Assembly: GCA_965224705.1 (NCBI GenBank)
Contig: OZ245056.1
Span: 2,144,001 to 2,208,000 of the forward strand
Reading direction: 5' to 3'
Origin: Spirochaetaceae bacterium
GTDB lineage: Bacteria; Spirochaetota; Spirochaetia; DSM-2461
Length of the DNA stretch: 64,000 nt
The notes beneath the pieces were generated by a model that worked only from the letters and a program-made list of their open reading frames with translations, had not been told where the DNA came from and did not search any database. The position numbers and the translations under genes were made by a program. This document shows positions 9,696-19,533 of the stretch, piece by piece. Numbering within the stretch: position 1 is the first letter of the stretch; every line of letters begins with the position of its first letter.

Positions 9696-9814
9696 TATAG
9701 TCCGGTACTCCGTGATACTCCGAGAAAAATGTACTGTCAGGTATGAAACACAGAGTATCTCCGGGAACTCAGTCTGTCCTGCGGGTCCATACCTGCTGTT
9801 GGACAGAGACTATA
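9696..9814. ncRNA. Candidate structured RNA (three-way junction with loop-loop pairing); family unknown
   Basis: Nested complementary pairs 9696-9702/9808-9814, 9714-9720/9753-9759, 9773-9779/9801-9807, plus loop pair 9738-9745/9788-9795. Confidence 0.4.
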
Positions 9815-9872
9815 GCATTCATATACAACCAGAATCATAGTAGCAACTGGCAATAATTATTACACTGCCAAT

Positions 9873-11645
9873 ATGACATACAAGATAAAGAAAAATCTAC
9901 CAGATGTCCAGATTCTGTCGAGAACAGTCTCTCAGCGTATTGCAGCTGGTGAAGTGATTGACCGGCCTTATGCAGCAGTCAGAGAATTACTCGATAATGC
10001 CATCGATGCAAAGGCAACCGATATATCAGTATACATCCAGAGCGGCGGTATTGATGAAATCCGAGTTTCGGACAATGGGCATGGAATGAGTGAAGAAAAC
10101 CTGGCACTTTGCTGGCTGCCTCATGCAACCAGTAAACTTTCCACCATTGATGACCTTGAGAGAATAGCCACTCTGGGATTTCGGGGGGAAGCCCTTTCCA
10201 GTCTTGCTGTCTGCTCCCGTCTGGAGATCATATCGAAGCCATTTGAGGAGGCATTCCGGCTGTGTGTCCATGGAGGAAAAGTTCTCGAACAGGGTATTTC
10301 ATCCGGACAGCCAGGAACAACGGTTTCTGTGAAGAATCTATTCTTCAATCTTCCGGCCCGAAGACAGTTTCTCAAAAGCACACGGGCCGAAACAACTCTT
10401 TGCCGCCGTGCATTCCTTGAAAAAGCAGCAGCACATCCGGAAATCAATTTCAGACTGTTTATTGATGGTCAATTAAAAACGTTCCTCCCATCGGGGTCTT
10501 ACATCGATAGAGTGAGTCTATGCTGGCCAGGGCTGGGATCTCAATCAACATGGTGGGAATCAAATCATATTTCGGATGACTCCTCGGTAACCATTATACA
10601 TGCCAGACCGGAAATAAGCCGTAAGGATAGAATGTACATCCACATCAATGTTAATCGACGACGAATTGATGAGTATTCCCTGGTTCAGGGTGTTGTTCAT
10701 GCCTACGATTCCTGGCTGCCTGGAGGTACCTTCCCCATTGCCTTTGTGTTCATTGAAATTGATCCACAACTTGTTGACTTCAACATTCATCCTGCCAAGA
10801 GAGAAGTACGGTTTCGAGATTTACCCTCAATCCGTCACCAGGTTATCGAGACCATCAAAGACCGTCTGGACAGGGAGTCGTACGAAAAGCGTTCCTCAAT
10901 CAAAGCTCCTCTTAAAGAAAATAATGCCTATTTGCCATCCTGGAAATCGGCAGAAACTTACGAATATACGGCATATAATCAGACCTCCTATCGAGCAAAA
11001 CCCCAACAGGCCGAGATTTTTGCGGAAACAACCAGGAAGTTAAGAGAATCAGATCACAAACATGAGCCATTCAAACGTTTCAATCCCGTTCCTCTTGAGA
11101 AAAACACCGAATTTCGCTACCTGGGGCAGGTAATGGGGGTCTTTCTGTTAGCGGAATCATCCGATTCACTTTTTATCGTTGATCAGCATGCTGCCCATGA
11201 GCGCATTCTTTATGAGAAATTGTGCAATTCAGAGCCTGTTACCGAGCATCTTTTGTTTCCTTTGCGGTTAAACCTCGATAGAACAGCATTGATGCGTCTG
11301 GAACTCCGGATGGATCGCCTTGAAAGAATGGGCTTGAAGTTTGAAAAAAATAATGATGAGTGGGAACTGACCGCTCTCCCCCTTGCGGCCAAAGGTCTTG
11401 AGGGGGAATTGGTAGAATCCATTGAAGATGGTATTGGAAGTCCTGAAGATTTTGAGAAATCATTATGGGCCGATGTTGCCTGTAAAACCGCCGTAAAGGA
11501 TAGAAATGTTCTTGATGATGATGCCGCCCGTCAAATACTGCGCGATGCGTTTAATCTTGATACTCCGCGATGTCCCCACGGGCGGCCGATATGGTTTGAA
11601 ATAAGCCGTAACGAACTTTTTGAATTAATGGGACGAAGGGTTTAA
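9873..11645 (+). CDS. mutL: DNA mismatch repair endonuclease MutL
   Basis: IAAGEVIDRP, ELLDNAIDA, HATSK, GFRGEAL, DFNIHPAKREVRF, DQHAAHER, ACK, CPHGRP. Confidence 0.98.
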   Translation: MTYKIKKNLPDVQILSRTVSQRIAAGEVIDRPYAAVRELLDNAIDAKATDISVYIQSGGIDEIRVSDNGHGMSEENLALCWLPHATSKLSTIDDLERIATLGFRGEALSSLAVCSRLEIISKPFEEAFRLCVHGGKVLEQGISSGQPGTTVSVKNLFFNLPARRQFLKSTRAETTLCRRAFLEKAAAHPEINFRLFIDGQLKTFLPSGSYIDRVSLCWPGLGSQSTWWESNHISDDSSVTIIHARPEISRKDRMYIHINVNRRRIDEYSLVQGVVHAYDSWLPGGTFPIAFVFIEIDPQLVDFNIHPAKREVRFRDLPSIRHQVIETIKDRLDRESYEKRSSIKAPLKENNAYLPSWKSAETYEYTAYNQTSYRAKPQQAEIFAETTRKLRESDHKHEPFKRFNPVPLEKNTEFRYLGQVMGVFLLAESSDSLFIVDQHAAHERILYEKLCNSEPVTEHLLFPLRLNLDRTALMRLELRMDRLERMGLKFEKNNDEWELTALPLAAKGLEGELVESIEDGIGSPEDFEKSLWADVACKTAVKDRNVLDDDAARQILRDAFNLDTPRCPHGRPIWFEISRNELFELMGRRV

Positions 11646-11648
11646 ATA

Positions 11649-11677
11649 CTAATATCACGCACATTGCCGGCCGATGA
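11649..11677 (+). promoter_or_regulatory. Putative sigma-28 (FliA) promoter of the flgN-flgKL operon
   Basis: cTAAT-N16-GCCGATGA resembles TAAA-N15/16-GCCGATAA, 24 bp upstream of flgN. Confidence 0.5.
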
Positions 11678-11701
11678 TGAAGGGATGATTCAGGAGTCAA
11701 T

Positions 11702-12187
11702 ATGAGTGATGAACGTCATATCTGGGATCAATTAATCTCACTTATGAGCCAGGAATGCAATCTACTGGAAGAAATTGCTGAAACTGTGGGAAGATTGAGA
11801 ACAAGTATTCACCGCAGGGAGTGGCCTGGTCTGGAAGAATCCTTCAAACTCATGGAAAAAAAAACGGAGTTCTTCAGTTCCCTGGAACAAAGCCGGGAAG
11901 AATTGACCGGCAGGATTTGTGGTGAAAGGGATTTCAATCAAATAGTCTCGGAACTTGAACCAGAGTTCCGAAACAGTGTGAACAGGATTAAGAGTGAACT
12001 CAAAACTCGATTACTTATGGTTAAAAGCCGGACCCGGGGAGTAGTCGATTATGCTGATTCTCAAGGACGCTTGAGCCGGGAAATCATGGAGGTATTCTAT
12101 CCATCAACCCGAGGCCGGATTTACAATCAGCAGGGTCGATCTGATTCTGAAAAACTGAACCCTGTAATCCTTTCCCATCACCTGTAA
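11702..12187 (+). CDS. flgN: FlgN-like flagellar export chaperone
   Basis: 161-aa helical protein directly before flgK; C-terminal IYNQQG motif. Confidence 0.7.
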   Translation: MSDERHIWDQLISLMSQECNLLEEIAETVGRLRTSIHRREWPGLEESFKLMEKKTEFFSSLEQSREELTGRICGERDFNQIVSELEPEFRNSVNRIKSELKTRLLMVKSRTRGVVDYADSQGRLSREIMEVFYPSTRGRIYNQQGRSDSEKLNPVILSHHL

Positions 12188-12197
12188 GGAGGTCGGT

Positions 12198-14075
12198 ATG
12201 TCAGGTACATTCAGCGGCATTGAGATTGGGAAACGCAGTCTCAATGCTCATCAAAAAGGATTAACAACGATAGGGCATAACCTTTCCAATGCCTCAACAG
12301 AGGGTTACAGTCGGCAAAGAGTTAAACTGGGTACAGTCGATCCTCTTTACAGGCCTCAACTCAACCGGGCAGAAGCTCCGGGTCAAATCGGCCAGGGGGT
12401 GGGTGCTGTCAGTATTGAACGAGTTCGTGATGAGCTTCTGGAAAACCGTATTATTGCTGAGAGCGACCTTTCCTCTTACTGGAGTACACGGGATTCCTAT
12501 CTTTTACAGGTAGAACAGGTGCACAAGGAGCCCTACGATACCTCGGTTCGTTTCATGATGGATAAATTCTGGGAGGGATGGCAGGAACTTTCCATGCGTC
12601 CGAATGGACAGGCTGAACGTCAGGGGGTTTTGAGGCGGGGTGAAGCCCTGATGGATGGGATCAACCTGCGATACTCAAGGCTTCAGCAGATTCGAAAAAT
12701 GGTTGATGAAGATGTGGTGGTTTCTGTTGGAGAGGTCAACGGAATTCTTTCAGATATCAAGGCTGTCAACCAGGAAATCATAAAATCCGAGGCAGTGGGA
12801 GACAATCCTAACGATCTTTATGACAGGCGGGATCTACTGGTTAACAAACTTTCAACCTACATTCCGGTCACTGTGGAAAACAGGGATCCTGATGAATTTC
12901 AAATTCATACCGGGGGGCTGCATCTCATTCAGGGTAAACTGGTATCCTATCTGGATACAGATCCCAATCCCAATAACGAAGGCCATCATGACATTGTCTG
13001 GGAATCCAATGGACGGGAGTTTACCATCAAATCAGGAAAACTTGGGGCCCTCATTGAACTCCGTGACCTGGATATTCGCGGAGAAATACAATCCTTTGAT
13101 GAAATGACCATGTCCTTTGCTGACCTCGTAAACGGGATCCATCGGGATGGGTGGTCTGACAATGGTGCCACTGGATACAATTTTTTCGAGGAATATCCTT
13201 TCGTGGATAATTTATCAGGTAACTACGACCGCAGTGGTGACGGAGAGTTGGATTCCACCTATGTGTATCGTCTTACGGGTATGCATGAACTGCAAAGTGA
13301 ATCTCCTGTTGGATTTGCTGGAGTAATTACCATTGATGGAAATGATGGACCTGTCAATATTCCATATAATGCCATGGATACAGTGGGTATGATACTTGAT
13401 CGTATCAATGCTTCACCTGCGGAAGTGACGGCCCGATTGGACAGGGAGGGACGTCTGGAACTCAGGGCCGGCATAACAGAAACCAGGGATAACCCGGATT
13501 TTGTTATTCGTCACGTGGAGGATTCAGGTCAGTTTCTCACCGGTTATGCAGGTTTACTTGGAGGCAGTGGCCCTGAGGGGGCTTACGACTGGCAGACTCC
13601 TGATGCTGTGCTGGCACTGAGACCTGGAGGAACAGCCTACTCTGTGTCTCCGCTCAATCATCCCTCGGGGTGGTTGAGGGTTAACAGGGAGTTGTTGACA
13701 GATCCGTCCAAAGTGGCTTCGGGTTTGAGCGATACGGGCCGCAAACCTGCCGATGGAGATAACCGGGCGGCCGTTGACATTGCCCAGCTTAGACACAGAC
13801 CTGTACTCAGCGGCAGGAGTGCGTCATTTGATGATTGGTTTTCTCTGGCTGTTGCAGATATAGGACTCAAGGGAGAAGTGGCCTCACAGACGGCTGACAG
13901 TCATAAGCTCATGATGCAGGAACTTGAGATCCTTCGACAGTCCATCTCCGGGGTCAATATGGACGAAGAATTCTCGGAAATGATTAAATTTCAGCATGGG
14001 TATAATGCTGCTGCACGATTTATAACCAATATTGACCAGATGCTCGACACTATAATTAACAGGATGGGGGTTTAA
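12198..14075 (+). CDS. flgK: Flagellar hook-associated protein 1
   Basis: GHNLSNASTEGYSRQRV N-terminus; SISGVNMDEE...FQHGYNAAAR C-terminus. Confidence 0.97.
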   Translation: MSGTFSGIEIGKRSLNAHQKGLTTIGHNLSNASTEGYSRQRVKLGTVDPLYRPQLNRAEAPGQIGQGVGAVSIERVRDELLENRIIAESDLSSYWSTRDSYLLQVEQVHKEPYDTSVRFMMDKFWEGWQELSMRPNGQAERQGVLRRGEALMDGINLRYSRLQQIRKMVDEDVVVSVGEVNGILSDIKAVNQEIIKSEAVGDNPNDLYDRRDLLVNKLSTYIPVTVENRDPDEFQIHTGGLHLIQGKLVSYLDTDPNPNNEGHHDIVWESNGREFTIKSGKLGALIELRDLDIRGEIQSFDEMTMSFADLVNGIHRDGWSDNGATGYNFFEEYPFVDNLSGNYDRSGDGELDSTYVYRLTGMHELQSESPVGFAGVITIDGNDGPVNIPYNAMDTVGMILDRINASPAEVTARLDREGRLELRAGITETRDNPDFVIRHVEDSGQFLTGYAGLLGGSGPEGAYDWQTPDAVLALRPGGTAYSVSPLNHPSGWLRVNRELLTDPSKVASGLSDTGRKPADGDNRAAVDIAQLRHRPVLSGRSASFDDWFSLAVADIGLKGEVASQTADSHKLMMQELEILRQSISGVNMDEEFSEMIKFQHGYNAAARFITNIDQMLDTIINRMGV

Positions 14076-14078
14076 TAC

Positions 14079-15326
14079 ATGATGCGAATCAGCACGAATA
14101 TGCCAATGCTTGATAATCGTTTTCAGATGTCCAATCTGGATTTTTTGATGAACAGGGCACAGAATGGGATTTCTTCTTCCCGATCCATTGGCAGTCTTCG
14201 AGATGCACCGATTGATGCGGCCCATGCTACACGTCTGGATTCTGCAGAAATGCGTGCTTCACGCTATATAAAAAACATTGATTATGCCCAGGGCCGAATG
14301 GCACAGGCTGAGGGCTATATGAGCGAGGCTATCACTCTGATTCATCGTTTCAGGGAACTGGCTATTCAGGGATCAAATGGAACCAACTCACCGGAAACAT
14401 TGAGTATGATGGCTGTAGAAGTCAATGAACTCCTTGAAGAGCTTACCAACGTGATGAATGCCAAAGGAGGAGATGGACAATTCCTGTTTGCTGGAGATGA
14501 TACAACAACACCGCCCTTTCTAGTGCAAAAGGGCAGAATCCCCGGTCTTGGCTCAGCGGCTATTTCCAGTGTTTCCTATGCCGGTGATTTGAGCCGCAGT
14601 ACCATGGAAATAAGCGATGGCAGGACTGTCAGGTTGAATCTTCAGGGCAATGAAGTCTTCTGGTCTGAGTCGCAGCAAATCTTCGGTGCCAATGACACTG
14701 AGGGATTCATTGTCAGGGAAACGAATCGATTCCTTCTGGATGGAAATGAAATCAATCTGGAACCGGGCGATAATATCAAAACAGTTGTGAGAAAAATCAA
14801 CAATTCAGGAGCGGCCGTCAAAGCGTCTCTGGATCCGGTAACGGGCTCATTGAATCTAAACACTACTATTCCTCATCAGATCTGGCTGGAACCGGTTGAA
14901 GGCAGGGCACTGGTTGACATGGGCCTGTTGAGAGAATTTGGAAACACACAGCCGCAGAATAACTGGCATCCTGATGCTACGGTGTCCGGAGGCGGACTGG
15001 TTCACCAGGTCATTTCCTTGAGGGATGCTCTGTTAGCCGGGAATCAGGAAAGAATTGGCGGTGCCATTGTTGGCGGCCTGGACAAGGGACTGGATTCTTT
15101 GCTGAGAAACATCGCTGATCTGGGGGCTGAATCCAATCGGCTGTCGATAAATGCCAGTCGAATGGATGAAAACATGGAATCTCTTGGAAACTGGAAATCC
15201 AGTATTACGGACCTTGATGTAACTCAGGCAATCACGGAAATGAAAATGCTCCAATACACACAAAAAGCAGCATATCAGGTTGCAGGACGAATCCTTCAGC
15301 CGTCGTTGATGGATTTCTTAAGGTAA
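14079..15326 (+). CDS. flgL: Flagellar hook-associated protein 3
   Basis: MRIST start, RELAIQGSNGT, GQFLFAG, C-terminal ILQPSLMDFLR; follows flgK. Confidence 0.96.
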   Translation: MMRISTNMPMLDNRFQMSNLDFLMNRAQNGISSSRSIGSLRDAPIDAAHATRLDSAEMRASRYIKNIDYAQGRMAQAEGYMSEAITLIHRFRELAIQGSNGTNSPETLSMMAVEVNELLEELTNVMNAKGGDGQFLFAGDDTTTPPFLVQKGRIPGLGSAAISSVSYAGDLSRSTMEISDGRTVRLNLQGNEVFWSESQQIFGANDTEGFIVRETNRFLLDGNEINLEPGDNIKTVVRKINNSGAAVKASLDPVTGSLNLNTTIPHQIWLEPVEGRALVDMGLLREFGNTQPQNNWHPDATVSGGGLVHQVISLRDALLAGNQERIGGAIVGGLDKGLDSLLRNIADLGAESNRLSINASRMDENMESLGNWKSSITDLDVTQAITEMKMLQYTQKAAYQVAGRILQPSLMDFLR

Positions 15327-15330
15327 TATA

Positions 15331-15789
15331 ATGTTAGTAGATACAAAGGCTTATGGTCAGATTGAAGTTGATGAACGGCAGCGAATTACCATTCCATCCG
15401 GTCTGTACGGCTTTGATAATATGGTTGAGTACATACTGATGAATGCTCAGCAGCATCCTTTCTACTGGCTGCAATCCCTTGATGTGCGGGATATTGCATT
15501 TGTCTTGATTGATCCGGAAATAATTCGTCCAGACTACAAGCCATGCCTGGATCCCATCGATCTTGAAGCTCTGAAACTGAATGGTATTGAGGATGAGAGG
15601 CTGTTGAAATTTGCCATAGTCACCATACCGGACGACCACCAGTATATGACTGCCAACCTGCAGGGTCCTGTCATATTGAACAGGGAAACCCGGGTGGGCC
15701 GTCAATGCATCTCCAGTGACGAGAGTTGGCAGGTCAGGCATAATATTATGGAAGAAATAGCCGCTTCCTCTGCCAGAAACGCATGCTGA
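15331..15789 (+). CDS. fliW: Flagellar assembly factor FliW
   Basis: GLYGF, PFYWLQS, AFVLIDP, MTANLQGPVILN; precedes csrA. Confidence 0.95.
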   Translation: MLVDTKAYGQIEVDERQRITIPSGLYGFDNMVEYILMNAQQHPFYWLQSLDVRDIAFVLIDPEIIRPDYKPCLDPIDLEALKLNGIEDERLLKFAIVTIPDDHQYMTANLQGPVILNRETRVGRQCISSDESWQVRHNIMEEIAASSARNAC

Positions 15790-16010
15790 TTCTATCCCGC
15801 CGTAAGAATCAAAGTGTTATTATCGATGAACGCATTGAGGTAACAATTGTTGATATTAAAGGTGATCAGATAAAACTTGGAATACAGGCACCGCCGGATG
15901 TCTCTGTGTTCAGGAATGAGGTTTTTCTTGCTATTCAGGATGAAAACCGGGCTGCTGTTTCTGCTCCAGTGAATCTCCCTTCCCTGAATCTGCCGGGGAG
16001 AAAAAAATGA
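15783..16010 (+). CDS. csrA: Carbon storage regulator CsrA
   Basis: MLILSRR...IKLGIQAP.DVSVFRNE. Confidence 0.97.
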   Translation: MLILSRRKNQSVIIDERIEVTIVDIKGDQIKLGIQAPPDVSVFRNEVFLAIQDENRAAVSAPVNLPSLNLPGRKK

Positions 16011-16262
16011 GTGTCCGGAAGCCTGTAAGGCCATTTCGGAACCCCAATTGCCTCCTGAACCCTCACATTCAACGGATACATACAGCGGGGCATAACAACA
16101 CGATTCCACAAACCATTTTTTTGCTTTGAGGCACTGGAATTGATATATTTCGGGTTGGGGCAGTGAGAAAATAACATAGTAAATCTCCTTGTAGATCGTT
16201 TTCTCCCCAGGATATAACGAGGTTGGCCAGGGTTTTTCTTGCGTTAACAAGCTTCCTGACAC
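16010..16262. mobile_element. About 250-bp inverted-repeat element, family 2 ends
   Basis: AGTGTCCGGAAGCCTGTAA ... TTAACAAGCTTCCTGACAC; begins at the csrA stop codon. Confidence 0.7.
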
Positions 16263-16463
16263 AGGTGAATTCTCTGGTTCTCATTTCGTATGAGTTCATT
16301 CCAATGCTGGAATAATTCTATTTATTTTCATTCTTCATATAGAGATATGAAGAATAGGAATAGTTATATAACTTTTCTCGATTTGCCTGTCTCAAAAACT
16401 CTTGAATCTTGCCGGAGTATAAGTATAGTATATACCATTGGCAACCGCTTCAGGAGGATTGGC

Positions 16464-16751
16464 ATGGATATTACTGATATTCGTATCAGAAAGGTTCATT
16501 CGGAAGGAAAATTGAAGGCCTATGTGACCATAACGTTTGATGACTCGTTTGTTATTCACAATTTGAAGATTATTGATGGTGATAATGGTTTTTTCATTGC
16601 TATGCCGAGCCGTAAAACAAAGAACGGTGATTACAAAGATGTTGCCCATCCCATCAATACAAGTTTCAGGGTTAAGATGCAAAGCCGAATTCTTGACGAA
16701 TATAATAAGATGGGAGATGCTGACGAATCCATCAATGGAGAAATTCAGTAA
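16464..16751 (+). CDS. spoVG: SpoVG nucleic-acid-binding protein
   Basis: MDITDIRIRK...LKAYVTITFDD.FVIHN...FIAMPSRK...YKDVAHPI; AGGAGG RBS before ATG 16464. Confidence 0.96.
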   Translation: MDITDIRIRKVHSEGKLKAYVTITFDDSFVIHNLKIIDGDNGFFIAMPSRKTKNGDYKDVAHPINTSFRVKMQSRILDEYNKMGDADESINGEIQ

Positions 16752-16770
16752 GAAGAGCGAGCACAAACGA

Positions 16771-16842
16771 TAGGACGTCGGCAAGCGGTAAGCCACCGGG
16801 TTTTGATCCCGGCATTCGCAGGTTCGAATCCTGCCGTCCTAG
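16771..16842 (+). tRNA. tRNA-Gln(TTG)
   Basis: TAGGACG/CGTCCTA acceptor, CCGGG-TTTTGAT-CCCGG anticodon arm, GCAGG-TTCGAAT-CCTGC. Confidence 0.97.
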
Positions 16843-16894
16843 CTAATGGATACCGATGGGTTTTATTGAGTAATAATGGAGGAATGATAGATTC

Positions 16895-17536
16895 ATGGAA
16901 AGAATGCAACTGGTAGTTGAGTCCCGGAATGTGAAGAATAAAGGGAGCATCAGGCAATTAAGGAGAGAAGGCAGGATACCTGCGATTCTCTATGGAACAG
17001 GCAGTCCAAGTGCTGTTTCCGTCGATGCGAAGGAATGGATGAGCAGATTTCGCAGTATTTCCAATAATACTATAATTGAATTGAAGCATGGGAAAAAAGA
17101 GCATAAGGTGCTCATCAAAGACACACAGGATGATATTCTGACTGATTCAGTTTATCACATTGATTTCTATGCCATTCATGCCGGCAGGAAACTCCATACA
17201 AAGATTCCCATACATCTTGAAGGAACTCCGAATGGTGTTCGAGAAGGCGGAATTCTGGAGAATAAGATATCGGAACTTGAAGTTGTTTGTCTTCCCAAAG
17301 ATCTTCCATCAAATTTTTCTGTAAACATAGATCACCTTGAAGTTGGAGAATCCCTTCATGTGAGAGAAATTACAATTCCGGAAGGGATTGAAGTAAGGAC
17401 GGATCTGAATCTTACAGTCGCCGTTGTTTCCCTGGCGGGAGGGGAGATTGAAACCGACCAGGAAGGCATTGAGGATGATATTTCTATCGAAGCTGATTCG
17501 GATATCGGTGATCAAGAGGGTAGTGGAAAGGATTAA
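16895..17536 (+). CDS. rplY: 50S ribosomal protein L25 / Ctc
   Basis: LRREGRIPAILYG, HIDFY, GVREGG, CLPKDLP; acidic tail. Confidence 0.96.
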   Translation: MERMQLVVESRNVKNKGSIRQLRREGRIPAILYGTGSPSAVSVDAKEWMSRFRSISNNTIIELKHGKKEHKVLIKDTQDDILTDSVYHIDFYAIHAGRKLHTKIPIHLEGTPNGVREGGILENKISELEVVCLPKDLPSNFSVNIDHLEVGESLHVREITIPEGIEVRTDLNLTVAVVSLAGGEIETDQEGIEDDISIEADSDIGDQEGSGKD

Positions 17537-17537
17537 C

Positions 17538-18128
17538 ATGGGTGACCCCATGTTTGTTATGGGGTTGGGAAATCCTGGAACACGCTATCAATTTACCCGC
17601 CATAATGCTGGTTACAGAGTTGTGGATACCATGATGCAGGAGAAGGCAGTGGTGTTTCGTCATCGCCGATTCTCAAGGATCTATCAATCTGACATCCCAG
17701 GAGATGAGTTCAATCGTCCTGTTTCCTTTATTCGCTGGTCTGGATATATGAATGAATCTGGAGGAGTTGCTGGTTATCTCAGGCGAAAATACTCTCTGGC
17801 ACCGGAAAATCTCTTCGTTGTATTGGATAACATGGATCTTCCACCGGGAACTTGCAGGCTTAAGACTGCCGGAGGGAATGCAGGTCATAATGGATTGAAA
17901 TCGCTGATTCGCTCCCTGGGGACAGGGTCTTTCAATCGAATGTACATTGGTATTGGCCGTCCGAAAGCAGATTGGAGTGTTGTAGACCATGTTCTGGGCA
18001 GACCCGATAAGATAGAAAGAGAGGCCATTGATGGGGCTTGTGCAAAGGCGGCCATGGCTCTCTGGGAACTGAGGAGCAGCAGCTTTGAGAGAGTTTCTGA
18101 GTTTGTGAATCGGCGTGTTACTTCTTGA
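17538..18128 (+). CDS. pth: Peptidyl-tRNA hydrolase
   Basis: GLGNPG.RY..TRHNAG, YMNESG, GHNGLKS, IGIGRP; start taken at ATG 17538. Confidence 0.95.
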   Translation: MGDPMFVMGLGNPGTRYQFTRHNAGYRVVDTMMQEKAVVFRHRRFSRIYQSDIPGDEFNRPVSFIRWSGYMNESGGVAGYLRRKYSLAPENLFVVLDNMDLPPGTCRLKTAGGNAGHNGLKSLIRSLGTGSFNRMYIGIGRPKADWSVVDHVLGRPDKIEREAIDGACAKAAMALWELRSSSFERVSEFVNRRVTS

Positions 18129-18255
18129 GTAGCACAGGGAAGGCAAAAACTCTTCAGAAGGATTCCTGTTCCAGTTAATAGTTTATGATCTGTGTTCGCT
18201 GGATTATCTGGTTAAGGTTAGGGTATGAGAGATTCGGGAAGAGAGTTTTTTTGAG

Positions 18256-19533
18256 GTGTCTGCAGCTTCAACAGAGAAAGCATTTCAGGATGCATTGAAA
18301 ACGAATAGTATTGGAAGAAATTCTGCCTGTTTGATTGGGCTTTCTGGTGGAGGGGATTCAGTTTCTCTCCTTGCCCTGGCAGCCCGTACACCAGACCTGA
18401 CTGTTCATGCTGCCCGGGTTGCTCATGGAATACGCGATGGTGTTGAAGAGGAGGCCGAGAGTCTTTTATGCAGAAATCTATGCCGTCAGTTCAATGTCTC
18501 CTTCACAGATATTAAGCTGTCATCCCGTGAGGTAGATGATGTCAGGAAAAGGCTTGGGTGCGGTATGGAACAGGCTGCTCGACAGGCCCGACTGTTTCAT
18601 CTGGAGCAGCATAGACACAGTGTCAGGGCCCATTTCATTTTTCTGGGGCATACAGCAGATGATCAGTTGGAAACAATCCTGATGCGTTTACTGACAGGCT
18701 CAGGTCCGGAAGGGCTCAAAGGAATCCCAATGAGAAGAGGCCGAATAATACGTCCTCTGATATTTGAAACCAGGAAAAATCTACGCCTCTGGCTGAAGAG
18801 CCAGGGAATTCAATGGGCAGAAGATCCCTCGAATGATTCCAGTAGACATCGCCGTAATCGCATACGAAATGAACTCATACCACTGCTTACATCAATTATT
18901 CCGGGCTGGGAGAAAGCGGCTCTTACTCTGGCAGAACGTTCAAGGGAGGTCCATAGAACTCTGAAAACCGTGCTGCAAAACACTGTGGAATGCCAATGGA
19001 CCAGCAGGGATGGCCGGTGGTTAGCTGCAAAGTGGGATACAGCCCCCCAATACATCAAAGCCATGGTCTTGTGGGAGGCATTGAATCGTTTCGATGATTC
19101 CAGTATTCCGGATCGCCGTTTCCCCTGGGAAACCATTACAGCTGCGCGGCGAATTCTTGATACTTCGGGAAAATGGATGGGCTTTGGTGTTTCTATTCAT
19201 CGGCAGAATGATTATTTTGTTGTGAGGTCTTGTCATTCGGATGCCGGAAGGGTAAGAATTGTCGTTGAGAGAGAAGATCTAATTGATGAATTCAATGAAC
19301 TGTTTGGTTCCTGGAGTATTCGTATCGGGCAGGGCAGTTCCGCTGCTGCTGTCTGCTATTATGTTAGAAACAGCGATTGGCCGCTTCTGCTTGAACTTGA
19401 GCAGCGTAATGGCAGAGTCTTAAAAAAACTATCAGGACGAGGTGGAAAAATTACAAGAAAGTCAGACTTGCATGTATACGATGACGTTGAAGCTAAAAAG
19501 ATATATATTGGGGTAGATGAGTATGTCAGATGA
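18256..19533 (+). CDS. tilS: tRNA(Ile)-lysidine synthetase
   Basis: SGGGDS PP-loop, GHTADDQLET, IIRPL, EDPSN, RNRIR; upstream of ftsH. Confidence 0.93.
   Translation: MSAASTEKAFQDALKTNSIGRNSACLIGLSGGGDSVSLLALAARTPDLTVHAARVAHGIRDGVEEEAESLLCRNLCRQFNVSFTDIKLSSREVDDVRKRLGCGMEQAARQARLFHLEQHRHSVRAHFIFLGHTADDQLETILMRLLTGSGPEGLKGIPMRRGRIIRPLIFETRKNLRLWLKSQGIQWAEDPSNDSSRHRRNRIRNELIPLLTSIIPGWEKAALTLAERSREVHRTLKTVLQNTVECQWTSRDGRWLAAKWDTAPQYIKAMVLWEALNRFDDSSIPDRRFPWETITAARRILDTSGKWMGFGVSIHRQNDYFVVRSCHSDAGRVRIVVEREDLIDEFNELFGSWSIRIGQGSSAAAVCYYVRNSDWPLLLELEQRNGRVLKKLSGRGGKITRKSDLHVYDDVEAKKIYIGVDEYVR

Noticed and set aside
9696..9814. Assignment of the structured element to hammerhead, SRP, or lysine, purine or cobalamin riboswitch
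   Set aside because: The required sequence motifs (CUGANGA/GAAA junction, SRP GGAA helix, riboswitch cores) are not in the right places; kept as an unknown structure.
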